Assembly (NCBI RefSeq): GCF_009914755.1
Contig: NC_060931.1
Length of the DNA stretch: 64,000 nt
From: the human T2T-CHM13v2.0 reference genome, Homo sapiens
Strand: one strand, 5' to 3'
Shown here: piece by piece, positions 25,971 through 39,915 of the stretch
How the letters are laid out: each line of letters starts with the position of its first letter
Numbering within the stretch: the stretch's first letter is position 1
The notes under the pieces: generated by a model
Databases searched by the model: none
What the model was told of the DNA's origin: nothing
The model's input: only the letters and a program-made list of their open reading frames with translations
Translations under genes and position numbers: made by a program

Positions 25971-28771
25971 TCTCGGAAAGTCCTCAGCCACACACATATA
26001 ACATATATTCACATGTGCCCACATATATAAACTCATATTTCCTTGCTGTAAGTTCCAAGAGTCTGGTATTACTTTTCATAGGCTCACCTTAAGTCCTAAT
26101 TGCATGGTTTAGAATGATTCTCCCTCTCTAGGTCATCTTTTCTCCCTCACTAGTTTATACCCATCACATAGACTGAGATTAAATAAATTAAAAGGTGTGT
26201 TTCTTCAGGCACGATGGCTTAAGAATAATGTTGTAATTTTTAAATTTAACTTCTGTTTTGATCTGCTGACTAGACCATGGTTTTTGTGCTAAGTTGAAAG
26301 CTTTCTTGGAGTAAACACTCTGACAGTAGAAATACTTCCCCACCTCCAGAGCAGAAAGATTCCAAGGGGTGCCTTAACCCTGGCATTGCTGTGTCTGCAC
26401 TGGGGGGGGGTGTCTGCTGCCTCTGGCCTGCTCACCTGGTAGAGTCATTAGGGAGGCATTTGCATGGCTTGCTCTTTGTTAAATCATTCAATAGAACTGG
26501 CAGCATCTGGAGCTATATGTACCATGGAATATTTAGACAGCAGGCCTTTGGGCCAGAACTTTGATATGTAAATGATTTCCAATCATTTGCTCTCCCAAGA
26601 CCTGTTGGCTGTGCTGACTCAGATCCAGGATGCAGAGACCAAAATGAGAAGCCCTGAGTGTTCTGCTTGGGGATTCTCATGTGAGTCATTGTCAGAGTTT
26701 TGGAAAAGAAATTATATTTGTTTCTATTTCTAGAAAGCCAAGAAGCATCCCAATTTTAAAACCTTCTGTCTTTTTTTTTTGATTTTCACATTTTTTTTCT
26801 CCTAAATCTTCCCCACACAGAGTTGGGGTGAAAGCTGTGAGGCTTGGCTGGGGTGGGAACCCTCCTGACCCCTAATTCACATTTTCCCATTTATTCACCC
26901 CTCACCTGAAAGTGCTCAATTCTCAGGGAAGTTTTGTTCCTGTTAACTACCTCTGACCCAACTTCTGGGCAGAGTTCACATTGTGTATGCTCACATAATC
27001 ATTGGGGAGAGCAGTTCTCCGCTCCTCAGGACTAGGAACAAAACCTAAACAGGGCTTAGCATGAACTGGGGTTACAAGATACTGACTTGCAAGATGCAGG
27101 ATGCCACTCCCCAGCAGCACTGAAGATCATGTGTCTCCGGGCTGAAACCAGTCTGTGTGTCTGGAACCTACTCTGACAAGGTCACTGCATCTGTTGCTTG
27201 GGCATTTCCCAAGGCCTGTGGATTGAGCCATCTCAGGAGTGTGAAGAGGGTGGAGCAAAAGCCATGAGGAATTTGTTGGTGATTGAATGGTGAGGAGCTA
27301 GAAGTAGTGGTCCTGGATGCAGGTGCCCTGTCTGTATCTTGGTGGCAAGGTGACCCCAGGGAAGAAACTGTTACTGGACCCTTATGCTTTCATCTTTAGA
27401 GCAGGATAAGGACACCTACTTAGAGATTTACAGTGAAGCAGCAGCTGGGATGATGTGAAGCACTAGAATTATTAATACTGGGGAATATTTACTGTGAGGA
27501 GGTGGGAGATGCTGGAAGAAAAGGGGGTCATTAATGTGCAACCCTGGAGCGGGGAGGGCAAGGATGTGGACGAGGGATGGTGGAATCCCCAAACTCTGCC
27601 AGTGGGATGGAAGATGCCAGATCTTCATGGGGCTGAGATATCCTCAAGGCAATGTGTCTCTTTTCCCATCTTTACAGACAAAGAATATGAAGCCGATAGG
27701 GATAAAGTGAGTAACCCAAGGTCACAAGACAAGAGAGCTGGTCCAGGACAAGAACTTGGTGCTCATGTCAGGTTCTCTCTGCCACATCTTGAGAATACGT
27801 GCATCCTTTGTGAGTAAATGCTTTACTGTGATGAAGGAAATAGAAGAGACATAGTGAAATGTTTTCATGCTTTGTATCTGCACTCTTGATTATCTCATTA
27901 ATTCTCTGTGACAAGTTTTGCTAGCAATGCATTTTGTTGTCTTGGTGTATATTATTATATACATCAGAAAGCCATTGAGAAGTTATCAACAAAATATAAA
28001 AGTATGCTGTGCCACTCCAGAGACAAAACCACAACTGACACACAGGTTTGTTTTCTTCTGACCCATAAGTGCACACGCATATGAAAATGAAGATAAGGTT
28101 TAGAGCAAATGTATAGCCTTTTGTCTTGTTTTAAAAACATCATATTGCTTAACTTGTGAGCATTTTTGTAAACTGCATTTCTATCTCTTTTTGTGTATTA
28201 ATCTATCTATCAAAAGTTAGGCTATAAATAAAGGCTAACAAGGCTAAACTGGATAGTACACTAATATAAGAAAGTAATATAGCAGAGCCAAATTTGACAT
28301 TACACGTTTCTTTGATTGGAGTCAGAGATTATGTTCAGAGTGTTGTGAGATTTCTATAAATTCATTTATTTACTTTGTTTCCTCATTTTGATAATACAGA
28401 AAGATATTCTGGATTATATAGATAAAACATCTATATTCAGTATAGCCTTGCAATTTCAAAGACCAGATTTTTGCTTCTGTTTAAGATTACTTTGTTGCCA
28501 GGTAGTATTCACTTAATTAGAATCAACCATTTAAGAAGAGAAGGGGTAGAATAATAGGTGCTCTTCCAAGTGCAGTTTAAATGAGGGTGGGATTATATTC
28601 AGATTCCAAAAAACTCAATTTTTAAGGAGCAAGCTCAAAATTACATTTGTTTGGCTGGTTTTTTATTTTGTAAATTAATGAAGTTGGGTAGGAGGATATG
28701 AGCTATAAGCATACATTGTTTTTAGGGGTTTGTTTGTTCTACTTTTTTAAAATAAATGATTGCAGAGTAAC

Positions 28772-29117
28772 TATATTTGTCCATTCTCATGCTGCTAATA
28801 AAGACATACCCAAGACTGGGTAATTTATAAAGAAAAGAGGTTTAATTGATTCACAGTTCCACATGGCTGGGGAGGCCTCAGGTCATGGTGGAAAGTGGAG
28901 GAGGAGCAAAGTCATGTTTTACAAGGCAGCAGGCAAGAGAGCATGTGCAGGGGAACTCCCCTTTACAAATCCATCAGATCTCATGAGATGTATTCACTAT
29001 AATGATAACAGCTTGTGAAAGACCAGCCTCCATAATTCAATTACCACCCACATGTGGGAATTGCGGGAGCTACAATTCAAGATGAGATTTGGGTAGGGAC
29101 ACAGCCAAACCATATCA
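28772..29117 (-). mobile_element. THE1 (C-like) solo LTR inserted into an L1 3' end
   Basis: ttctcatgctgctaataaagacataccc...ccaaaccatatca; TSD gtaac/ctaac. Confidence 0.94.
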
Positions 29118-29512
29118 CTAACTTCATGGAAAGTGGCCAAGATAGTACAAAGGGATCACAGGTACCCTTCACCCAGTTCCCCCCATTGATGACATCTTAC
29201 ATAACTGGATTACAGTATCAAAACCAGTAGATGACACTGGAGCAATCCATAGAGTTTATTCAGATTCCACCAGTTTCGTGTGCACTCATGTCTGTGTGCA
29301 CTGATAGTTCTATAAAGTTTCATCACATATGTAGATTTATGTAACCACTGCTGCCATCAAGGTACAGAACTGTTCTATCACCACGAAGATCTCCCGCATG
29401 CCATCTTGGTGAATGTTCCATGGGTGCTTAAAAAGGGTGCATATTCTACCATTGTTGGGTGTAGTGTTCTATAAATATCAATTAGATTCTGTGGGTTGAC
29501 ATTGCTGTTAAG
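29118..29512 (-). mobile_element. L1MC/MD-type 3'UTR joined to an ORF2 endonuclease-region fragment
   Basis: acccttcacccagtt...catcttacataac... then atcttggtgaatgttcca...tgttctataaatatcaattag. Confidence 0.75.
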
Positions 29513-29569
29513 TTAAAATTATCCAATCTAAAATTCCAATAATGCGGAAGTGGAAACATTTTGGTCTAA

Positions 29570-29832
29570 TATATCAGTTGGCTTTCTCTGGTTAATAAAG
29601 CAGGAAGAATCTGTGGCTTGTAACAAAAACAATTTGTTTCTTGTGCATCTAGGGGCTTCAGTTCTTCTAAGTTTGTCTTGGCTGGGCTCACCCATAGCTC
29701 TGGTGATCAACTGAGGTTTGACTGAGCTAGGCTAAGTTCAGCTTGGACTGGCTCTGCTGCACATGTCTCTCATCCTATTCCTGAAACCAGTGGGCCACCA
29801 TGAGCATGTGCTGCTCCTGGTGATTGCAGAAC
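29570..29832 (-). mobile_element. Old MLT1 LTR fragment
   Basis: gtggcttgtaacaa...ggctgggctcac...tgtctctcatcc...catgtgctgctcctggtga. Confidence 0.6.
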
Positions 29833-31062
29833 AGGATCAGGAACTCTCTGCTGGGGAAAGTGTTTTCAGCAGGTTGCCTTTCCGTAGATTCAAGAGTGTC
29901 ATTCTTCTTTCAACTGCAGTATCTTTTTGTCATAATTTTTCATCATTACAGAAAAGGCTCTGGGTGTGTTTAGTACTGGGTTGTAGCCCCATGGGAGCTG
30001 AGAGGTGGGCTAGCCCTACTTTCTGGCTGGTGAAGGTGTCCACTCAGAGCCTATCTCTGCCTTCCCTCTGCCTGATGGGGCAGGAAAAATTGAGCCAGGA
30101 TGCTGAAATTGCCCAGTGCCTCAGTAGGATCCAATTCTTCCTAGGTCACAAACACAAGAGGTTGCCCTTGTTTGCCCCCTGTCCTGCCTCATCCTCCAAT
30201 ACCTTCATGAATAGCCTAATTTATTAATAGTTTGAGGCTTCATTCTCACCCTCTTTGAAGTTCTTCAAATTGGGTCCACATGCACTTTATCTGGCAGGGG
30301 TTCTTTACTGTTCCTGGCATGTGAGTGGCTTGTTCCTAGCATTGTTTTAAGTTTTTCTATATCATGTATTCTGTTGTTCATCTCAATGTCAGTCTCAGAA
30401 GGGGGTAAGTAGAGAAACACATGTTTCTGCTTCTATCTTGCCAGGAATTCTTGCCCTTTTCAGTAGAAAGCATCGTGGGAAAACATACAGAGTGGAACAC
30501 AGGTAACATGCTCAGAAAATGATTAATAACTCCCAGAATTCTGTCAAAGTCCTGGAAACAAGTTCTCCTGTCATTTGCACAGGTCTGTTCTACAACCTGG
30601 AGAAGAATCTCCCTCTCAGGTCCCCCTTATCTTCTATAGCAGGTGGGTTGTTGCAGCATCGATGTACATCTAGCTCACCGTGCTCTGGCTGTAGTGTTTA
30701 TTAGCCTCGTTATGTCTATACCAATCCTACATTCCCTGAAGATTCAATTCCAGTGGAAGTTTCTATATGAAGTTGTCTGCCTCGCCTCCCACTGACAAGA
30801 ATAAAATCCAGGGAGATGGCTGGGAAAAGTCTGTTCCCTGCTACCAATACTATCTGGGTATTCCTTCATTCTTCCCTTTTAAGATCGGGCAGTAATGATT
30901 TCTTGATGTGAAAAGCTCTCACTTTTTTTCCCACAAGATAGAACCGATGACAGATACTTGAGGGCCCAGTTAACCATTTTGGAACAGCTTTTGGCATTCC
31001 TGCCATGCAGAAATTGGGCTTCTAACCCAAAGACATAACAATACTCTGCCTAAAAGGTATAA

Positions 31063-31435
<373 letters not shown>

Positions 31436-31909
31436 TCCTTTGTTCTTTTTCTATCTGTCAGTTAGTTTTTTTCCTATTCATTGCATACAATATTGTTGGC
31501 TTGTTAATTCGATCATTATTTTTAGAGTTGTTTAAATGAAGAGGAAACCTTGTATTATAAGGCAAATCCTGATGTATATAATATCAGCATAAAAGTACAT
31601 TTGTAAACTTTCAAATTCAGTGCTTTTTAATGTGTTTTCCTCATTATATACGTCTTACATACATACGTAAATACATAAATATATATATAAATCCATAAAT
31701 ATATGTATGTTTCCCTGAATAGACATAAAAGCATATCTTCAGTATGTCTTCTAGAATGAGAGAAAAATTAAGGGTAGAAGATACCTTAGCACTCATGTGA
31801 GGGAAAAACAGAGGTCCCCAGAAATGAACTGCTTTTCCCAGGGTCAAAATGACTCGTGGCAGACCCAGAATTAACAGCCTGGCCTCCTCATGTCTATTCC
31901 ATGTAGGAT

Positions 31910-32460
31910 GCAGCACAACTCTGCTGGGAGATGTGCAAATTGGTACCACCACTTTGAAAAACGCTTTGGCATTCTCCGATAAAGACGAACACATGCACAC
32001 CCTCTGAGTCAGTTACTGTAATTCACACGTGTAATCAACAGGTTTGCAAACCCATATTCACCAAAAGACATTACAAGACCAGCTATGGTACACTAGCTCT
32101 CAGCTGCAAAGGAACCAATTATCTGTCAACATTTAATGGATGAATATATTTTGTTATATTCATTCAATGGAAAATAATAAACCTCTGCTTCACATGATAA
32201 CTTGTATGATTATCACAAACGAAATGTGCAGTGAGAGAACCAAGCTGTATGATTCCATTTATTTAAGGCTCAAAAAGTCAGAAATGACTGTGTCAAAAAG
32301 TCAGTGACTCTGAAAAGCGGTGGCCTCTGAGGAGTCTGTGAAGGGTGGAGGTAATGCTAATGTTCTATGTCCATATCTGTCTGTAGAGAGCTGCTCACTT
32401 ACGAGTTGTGCACTTTTTGAGTGGATATTATACTGCACATACATGTTTACAAATATAAAT
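31910..32460 (+). mobile_element. L1ME-type ORF2 end and 3'UTR
   Basis: gtgcaaattggtaccaccactttgaaaaac...caccaaaagaca...tgtatgattccattta. Confidence 0.75.
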
Positions 32461-33341
32461 CCACACAAAGTATTCACTCTGGGCTTTTGTCAACACTACC
32501 TCCCTTTCCATCTGCAATGTTCCCATCTGTAAAATGGAACAGATCAATGAGATGCTCTCTCAAGGCCTGTACTGCTGGAACTTTCCCTGGTTCTCTGCTC
32601 ACAGTCTTGCTGCAGCACTTGGTGAGCTGGGTGAGTACCCAGGAGTTGAGGGTCAGAAGAGGTGGAGGGACAGACCTGGCAGCAGGTGAGCTGCCCTCAG
32701 TTTAGTGCTTGAATCTCTTCCCCAGAGGTGGCCATTGTCTGGTGTTGGGAATTGCTATGGAGTGGGCAGGCACTTCTTTATTTTGGAGGGAAGTCTGTTT
32801 CATTCCAGAAATGTTCTAATTGTTGAAAATTCATCATTTATCAACCTGGAATCTTTCATCCCCTCACCTGCTCTCTGAATTTATTACATCTGATTTCTGC
32901 CCTGCAGCAAAACAAAACCTGTTATCTGCAGCCTGGCCAGAGTTGGCCACAGGCAGCAGGTTTCCTGCCATGTCCTCTGAAGGGAAGGTGCTAGGATGGG
33001 TCAGTGGGACAACGACCTGCACGTTTTCTCCCAGGCTGCATCCCTCGTCCTCATCTACTAGGCGCTGTCCCACTGTAGGGTGGGTGCCCATGCTTCCAGG
33101 ACATTTGGACTGTCTTCCTCCACCTAGATGGCACTGCCAGACATCTGCCTACGGACACCCTCACGTTTCTTATGGTGCAGCACAAGCTTCCCTCTGCCAC
33201 TTCCTGGAGTCACTTCACTCTCCCATGTCCGGCTGCCCATCTCATTCATCTTCATCAAATCCACATGTGGAATGTAAACACAGGCCTGGGGTATGAGGAC
33301 AGTGAGGAAAGCTTGTTATCTTGTGCCATGGATGGTATGGC

Positions 33342-33480
33342 TGTGCATACACATGTTCGTATGTGCATATGTATGTGTGTATATATGTGCATGTGTGTGC
33401 ATGTGACTGTGTATCTGTGCATGAGTGTGTGTACTTTTGTACGTGTACATGTGTATGTGTGTACATTTGTGTATGTGCAC
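33342..33480 (+). repeat. Imperfect (TG/TA)n alternating purine-pyrimidine tract
   Basis: Seen directly. Confidence 0.85.
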
Positions 33481-34538
33481 TTGCTCAAACAAAGCCAATG
33501 AGGCACCATTCATTTGTGTACCATCTTCCCTGGCATGTGCCCAGCACAGTACTTGACCCAGAGTTAAGCAGTAGTAAAGACCTATGTGATTAAATCTAAT
33601 ACTGCACAGTGTGATTCATGTGGCCTATTTCTCCCTGTGTTGGATTACAGAATCCATTAATTTTCATAGAAAAATTTACTGAGGGAGAAGAGTTGGTGTG
33701 TCTTGGCCCAGACTTCCCTTCCACCATGAACTGCGGATTTCTCTCTGCTCTCCCAGCCTCAGTTACTCCCTCTGTTCTCAATGAGATGGTTTCCATGCTT
33801 CCTTTTCATTCCATGCACTCAGTGGCTAAACACAAACTCTGGTACTATGATTGGAATCTTATCAAGATGTTGGTTACTGTGGTTATAAAAAGTAACATCT
33901 TAAAGAAAATAAAAACAGAGAAGACAGAGCATGTAGTGCCTAGCTTTCTCTGGTTATATTTTTAGTCCAAAAGTTAGATATCCTGGCTCTTAAGTTGGTT
34001 GCATGTGGCTATAAGGAGAGGGTCAGTCAGGTTGTGATGGCTTCAACCACAGAGACAGGTGCACATTTTGGGAATTATGTGGTCAGCCAGAACCACCTTC
34101 ATAGGCCCTGGGAAGCTTTGTGTCTGAGCACCGTTTCCTGTTTACATCTCAGATGGGAATCTGAGTGAAGGCTTTGTTGTCTTCCTTTAATAACACATTA
34201 TCAACTAGAAAGTTGTGCTATTAAAAATATTGCTTTAAAAAAGTAACACCTTTTAATTATCCAAGGGTCCCTTCTGTGATGATTCTGTGCTCCTATGCAG
34301 CAGCCTGTTTAGGCTAGGAAGGCATGACCTGGCATTCAGGGGTCTGAGGAGCATTGACCACCTCTGGACCTGGACTTGGAGCTTTCCTGAGGATCTAGTG
34401 CTACTTCTCCTCGAAAGGTCACTGTGAGTAGATTTAGTGTTTTGATAACACAATTTATTTTAATTCAAAGAAGGCTTGCACTAAATCAGATTTTGGATCA
34501 AGGGATCTGATAGTTTAATTTATCCTGTGGAACATAGT

Positions 34539-34960
34539 TGTATTAGGCTCTTCTTGCTTTGCTCTAGAGAAATATCTGAGACTAAATCATTGATAAGAAA
34601 AGAGGTTTAATTGGCTCATGGTTCTGCAGGCTATATAGGAAGCATAATGCCAGCATCTGCTGCTGGGGAGGCCTCAGGGAGCTTACAATTACCGTGGAAG
34701 GTAAAGCAAAGGCAAAGCAGGACAAGGCATATCACATGGTGAAAGCAGGAGCACAGGAGAGATGGGCAAGGAGCCGCACACTTTCAAAGCCCCAGATCTC
34801 ACTCACTATCATGAAGACCGTACCAAGTGTGATGGTAATAATCCATTCTTCAGAAATCTGCCCCCATGATCCAGTCACCTCCCACTAGGCCCCACCTCCA
34901 ACATTGGGGATTTCAATTCAACATGAAATTTGGGTGGGGACACAAATCCAAACCATAACA
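34539..34960 (-). mobile_element. MSTA/MSTB solo LTR
   Basis: tgtattagg...ccaaaccataaca; TSD atagt/atagg. Confidence 0.93.
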
Positions 34961-34965
34961 ATAGG

Positions 34966-35025
34966 CAAAAAATAACAAAAACAAAAATAAACAAAAACAA
35001 ACAAACAACAACAACAATAAAACAA
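34966..35025 (+). repeat. A-rich (CAAA/CAA)n simple repeat
   Basis: Seen directly. Confidence 0.8.
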
Positions 35026-38000
35026 CTCTACTATAATTTGGGTCAATTGTAGAACCTGTTCCCTAAATAGCAGGATTGTAAGGTTGGGGGAAATATGATT
35101 TTGTTGACTGCATTGAACATAGGGCTGTCAAAACTTCAGTTAGAATGTCAACATGAATGCAGAATGGCTCTCTGGATGCAAGTAAAATGGCCTAGAAGAG
35201 TCACTCAGGAAGGTAATGCCTGGCACATCACGACTTTCCTTTGGACTGCCACGCCCACTCTGCTTTTCTTGGCTACCCCAGCGTGGTCTTTCCCCTGCCA
35301 GAATGGGCCAGGCCCTCCCTGGAAAGCCTTCAGTGGCTCCCCATTGTTTCGGAATAAAATCCAGACTATTTCCTCAGCTCTACTCAGCCTGATCTCCTTC
35401 CTCTGTCCACTCTTCACTCCACTGAACCTGCTGCATATTTTAGGTCCAGTACCAAGGTTTGCCATTTCTTGAATCACACCTTTAACTTTCCCATTTCCGA
35501 GTGCTTTTATGTTTCTCAGTTCCAGAAAGTGCTTGTCCATCATCTACCACCACTATTCCCATCCTATCCCTCCAGATGCTATTCCCAGACCTTCTTTAAC
35601 TTTGTGGTGGAGTTCTGATTGGAATCATTCATGTCCACATCTGTTTGCCCAGCAGACCAAGTCCTAGATACTACTTACTTAAAACAATGGCTTTTATATC
35701 ATCCACACCCAATAAATGTGAAGGACATCAGGAACAACCCACAGTGACATTTATGTTTCACATCACAGTCTACAAAACTGTTCTCACAGGAATTGTGTGA
35801 GTATAGTTTTATCCTCACTTCACTTGGTATGGTGACATGATTTTGCTCAAAACGCACATCTAGGTCTCTTGATTTCCAGGTTGCCTGTACACATAGCTAT
35901 TTTGTGTATCCTCAGACCTGGGTACAATTCAGGGTGGTGCTGGCTTTTTACTACCTTAATCTAAGGAGGTGTGAGGACACAGTGGTTCACACTGAGGAAC
36001 CTGGCTTGTTTCTACCTCCTTGGCTCTGCTAATTTCTGCAAACTGAAAGAACTGTCCAAAAGCCTCCAAGGAAATCACGGATTAGAGAGTGATCTGGAAA
36101 TAGCCTCTAGTTTATGTTTTAACTCTGGACAGAAAGATACCAAAATTAACTCAGGTGAGAAGAAGTCATTTTGAAAAGTCCCTAAAGAAGCATTCTGTAG
36201 TCTCTGAGTAAGATGAGTGACTTTTTTTATAGTGAGAAAAGCATCAAATTCCATGTTAATTTCCTTACATCTAACTTTATATATTTCAATTTGTATTTTT
36301 GTACTTTTGATATTTTTATTTTTTAGTCATTATTAACATTAAAACTAATATGTATAATAGTAAATAAAAGTTAAACTCATCCCAGAAATTCCTTATAATC
36401 CCTATATCTTAAAACAACTATTATTATCATCTTTCTCAGATAAGCATATATTTCATACAATTGAGAAGGAGAAGCACACACCAGTTTGTAACCTGTTTTC
36501 ATCTAAATGATATGGTAGACATTTCTACATAGCTTTTGTAATTCTCTCTTCTGCCAAAGTTGTAGCTAATTCTTCCCAGCAGAGTCCTCACTTCCTCTTC
36601 CTGGGGTGTTCCTGTGTTGCAGCACGCATTACCTTGCCTTGTATTTATTTACTTAGAGTGATATTCTCACTAGTCTGAGATTGGGATCTTCTCCAGTGTC
36701 GGGACCAGAGCTTTCTCCCATTTCTGTCTATGTTCTACACTCATGAGCTCTTCCATCATTAGGCTTCAAAACAGATGCAACCCCTGGGCACTTAAATCAA
36801 ACTACCTTAACCTCCGAGCTCAGTGCTTGCAGTCCAGGCCCCTATGGTACTGCATGAAGGAATACACGGCTTGGGGGTCGGGGGACCTGTCTGTCATTTA
36901 AAAGAGTCTCATAGCATGTCCTGTTGTTTGAGCAGTGATCATCTTTTTTTGGCGCTTTTACGGTATGACTATATGTAAGCATGTATCCATCCATGTGATG
37001 CTAAACAAGATGCAGGCACTTGCTAAAACACAAACATGTACTTTTGAGCAAATGAATGTACTCCAGTTTGATCAAGAAAACATCTGGAGGAAAAGAGGAA
37101 ATTTAAAAATCATCACAATGTTTAGTCTACTTGTTGCCACACACCCTGATGTGGTCAGATGTGTTTTTCTGTTTGCGTGATTGTTTTGGCACAATGGAGC
37201 TGAACTTGGAGGGACACTCTGCTGTGGCTGTTGTCTTCAGCCTCACCGTGTTGCCTATCCTGGGCATCTTCAGCATGGAACTGACATGCTTTTCTCTGTG
37301 CTGGGCTGACCTTCACCGAGGGCTGCCCCTGCCTTCCTCCTATCAGAAGAAGGTGAAGGGGAGAAAGACACTCTGCCCTACTGGCCAAGCCCCATGCCCA
37401 GTGCCTGATATTCACAGCCAACACTACTCCCCAATTGAAGCATTGTTGTTACTTAACTTTTAATCTGTCTATATTCATTGTGGAATAGGTCAATTTCGGA
37501 TTTCATATAGATTCAACGAGTGGCCATTTGCCTTTTCCTCTTAAATGAAGAAAGAATTTTAATAAGTAGGAATATTTTATTGGGAGCAAGGGCAAACCTA
37601 ACTAACTTGTGTCATATACAGAAACTACAGAGAGACAAGACACCTGCCTCCCACCAAGGGTCCTGTGTTTCCCCAGTCACTCCTGAGCTAAAAAGGAAGC
37701 CAGCTGTATCCAGAAGCACAAAGGAGTCTGATGCTAGACACCGTTAACGTGCTCTTTCCTTCAGCTGATGTGCTTCAGCTCCCCTAGTCTTCTGGGAACC
37801 TTTGAAAATATCCAGCTTCTTGAATTCCCACCTCAGACATCACCTCATCCAGAAAGTCATTCCCGACAGTCTGTCAGAAAGAATTCAAACCTCTTCTTCC
37901 TCTGTACCTCTGCACCAAGTCCGCTTAGCTCGCTCTGGTTTTTCATAGACTCTATTAATATGCAGCATATTATGACATTTACTTATTTGTTTTACTTATT

Positions 38001-38042
38001 ATGTATTACCCTCTCCCAGAAAATAAGTTTTAAGAATAAATC

Positions 38043-38348
38043 TTTTTTTTTTTTTTTTTTTTTTTTGAGATGCAGTCTCACTCTGTTGCCCAGGCTGGAG
38101 TGTAGTGGCACAACCTCAGCTTACCACAATCTCCATCTCCTGGGTTCATGCAATTCTCATGCCTCAGCCTCCCGAGTAGCTGGGAATACAGGCATGTGCC
38201 ACCATGCCTGGCTAATTTTTGTATTTTTAGTAGAGACGGGGTTTCGCCATGTTGGCCAGGCTGGTCTCAAACTCCTGTCCTGAAGTGATCCACCCTCCTT
38301 AGCCTTCTAAAGTGCTGAGATTACAGGTGTGAGCCATCATGCTTGGCC
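38043..38348 (-). mobile_element. AluS inserted in an L2 3' end
   Basis: Poly-T plus antisense Alu; L2 tail (gggcacatagtagg) follows at about 38400-38450. Confidence 0.96.
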
Positions 38349-39051
38349 AAGAAATCTATGTTTTTGTTGCTATTGGTTTATTGATGAATTACAAGTATCC
38401 AGAGTAGTGCTGGGCACATAGTAGGTGATCAAAACTATCTGTGTAGTGAACACATCTACCATCACATCCATATGGATCAATTCTGTGATTATTGATTGAC
38501 ATGCTTATCACCTGAAAGGCAGTGAAAGCTATGTGAGGACAGAGGCTGTGTTTTATTCATTGCTCTACATAGAGCAGAAACTGCAGTACTGGGCACAAAC
38601 TAGTGTTGATGAACATTCCAAAGATAAGTGAAAAATCAGAGTACTGTGCAAATCTGTGCAAATCAGAGTACTGATTTTTTTTTTAACAGCATGCCTGAAG
38701 GGACCAGGTAAACAATAACAACAGCTCAGTAACTTGCAGGGAACACAGCACCTCCTGAGTTTCTCAAACCATGGACAGGGGAGAGAGACTCCTCTTGGTA
38801 CCTGGAAGCTGTTGAAGAAGGGCCCCTTACTGTGGACGTCTGCCCACCCAACCAAATTCTCAAGAGAAGATATGAGTTGCCGCTGGTGTCCTGGGATACC
38901 ATTCCTCCCTTTCACCATTGCTGAGTTGTAAGGCAAACCTTACTCTACACACACCACAAGGCACAACACTCTCCGCTCAAGTCTCTGTCTCATAGAGTGT
39001 TCAGTGACAATCAATAATGTAGCTTCCTCCCAGCCACTGGAGATTTACTTT

Positions 39052-39245
39052 CCGGAGAGGGTGATGCCTTATATCAGACAGAAAGGGTACCACAATCACC
39101 TGGAGAGGGCAATGGTCTACATCAGAGACCAAGGGCACCCAGTCACCTGGGGAGAGTAATGGTTTGCCTCAGAGACCAAGGGTACACACCTCTTCTAGAG
39201 GGAGTGATGCCTTGCATTCAAGACCAGGAGCCTCCACCTCACCTG
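39052..39245 (+). repeat. Diverged ~47-bp minisatellite, 4 units
   Basis: Units like ctggagagggcaatggtctacatcagagaccaagggcacccagtcac. Confidence 0.85.
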
Positions 39246-39342
39246 AGAACAGACTCTCCACCCCCATCCTATACCTACTGAATCAGCATCTGCAGTTAAC
39301 AAGGCCCTGGGGGTTTATATACCCACTGAAGTTGAGGTGCAA
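39220..39342 (+). mobile_element. MER5-type DNA transposon
   Basis: tcacctgagaa...acctactgaatcagcatctgcagttaacaagg...tgaagttgag. Confidence 0.7.
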
Positions 39343-39789
39343 ACCAGTTTAATGCAAGCTGTACCATGCGACGCCTCTCACTGCTTCATCAGTTCAAACT
39401 AGCTAACATCCAGGTTCACTTTTATCAAGTTAAAGACTTCTCTTCGCTGTCAGGCGTGTACTTGGAAACATATGCATTGACATGTGGAAAACACAAAAAC
39501 AACATTGACAGGGACACATAGGTGGCCGTGCAGGTATAAAGGAAACAATTCAAATGAGATCAGTACTTGGAGTCACATTCCATACAAACCATAGAGCAGG
39601 GGTATTCTTTGTAATAGGGAGCGGTGAGTGAGTTATACGTTTCTAGGATGGGCTAGGGAAAAATACTTTCCTCTGTTTCAGTCAGGAGAAAAGGATGTGG
39701 ATGTGGATTCCAAGTAGTTGAATAATTTGCCTGAAAGAATTGTGGTTGCAATCATCTAAACGAAAGGCTTAGGGTAAAATGTACACCCA

Positions 39790-39915
39790 TCTAAATATAA
39801 AAATTCCTGGGTCTCATTGCAGACCTACTAAATTAACATCACCATAGGTGGCCTAGGAATTGGTATTTCTATGCAGTATTTCTGTGATTTTAATGTGCAG
39901 ACTGGTATAGGAAGC
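39790..39915 (+). mobile_element. MER5B-like fragment
   Basis: aattcctgggtctca...cagacctacta...gcctaggaat...gtgattttaatgtgcag. Confidence 0.6.

Noticed and set aside
39052-39245. CRISPR-like repeat-spacer reading of the minisatellites (also 59696-59888)
   Set aside because: Whole units are homologous and diverged, with no unique spacers and no cas genes; primate DNA.
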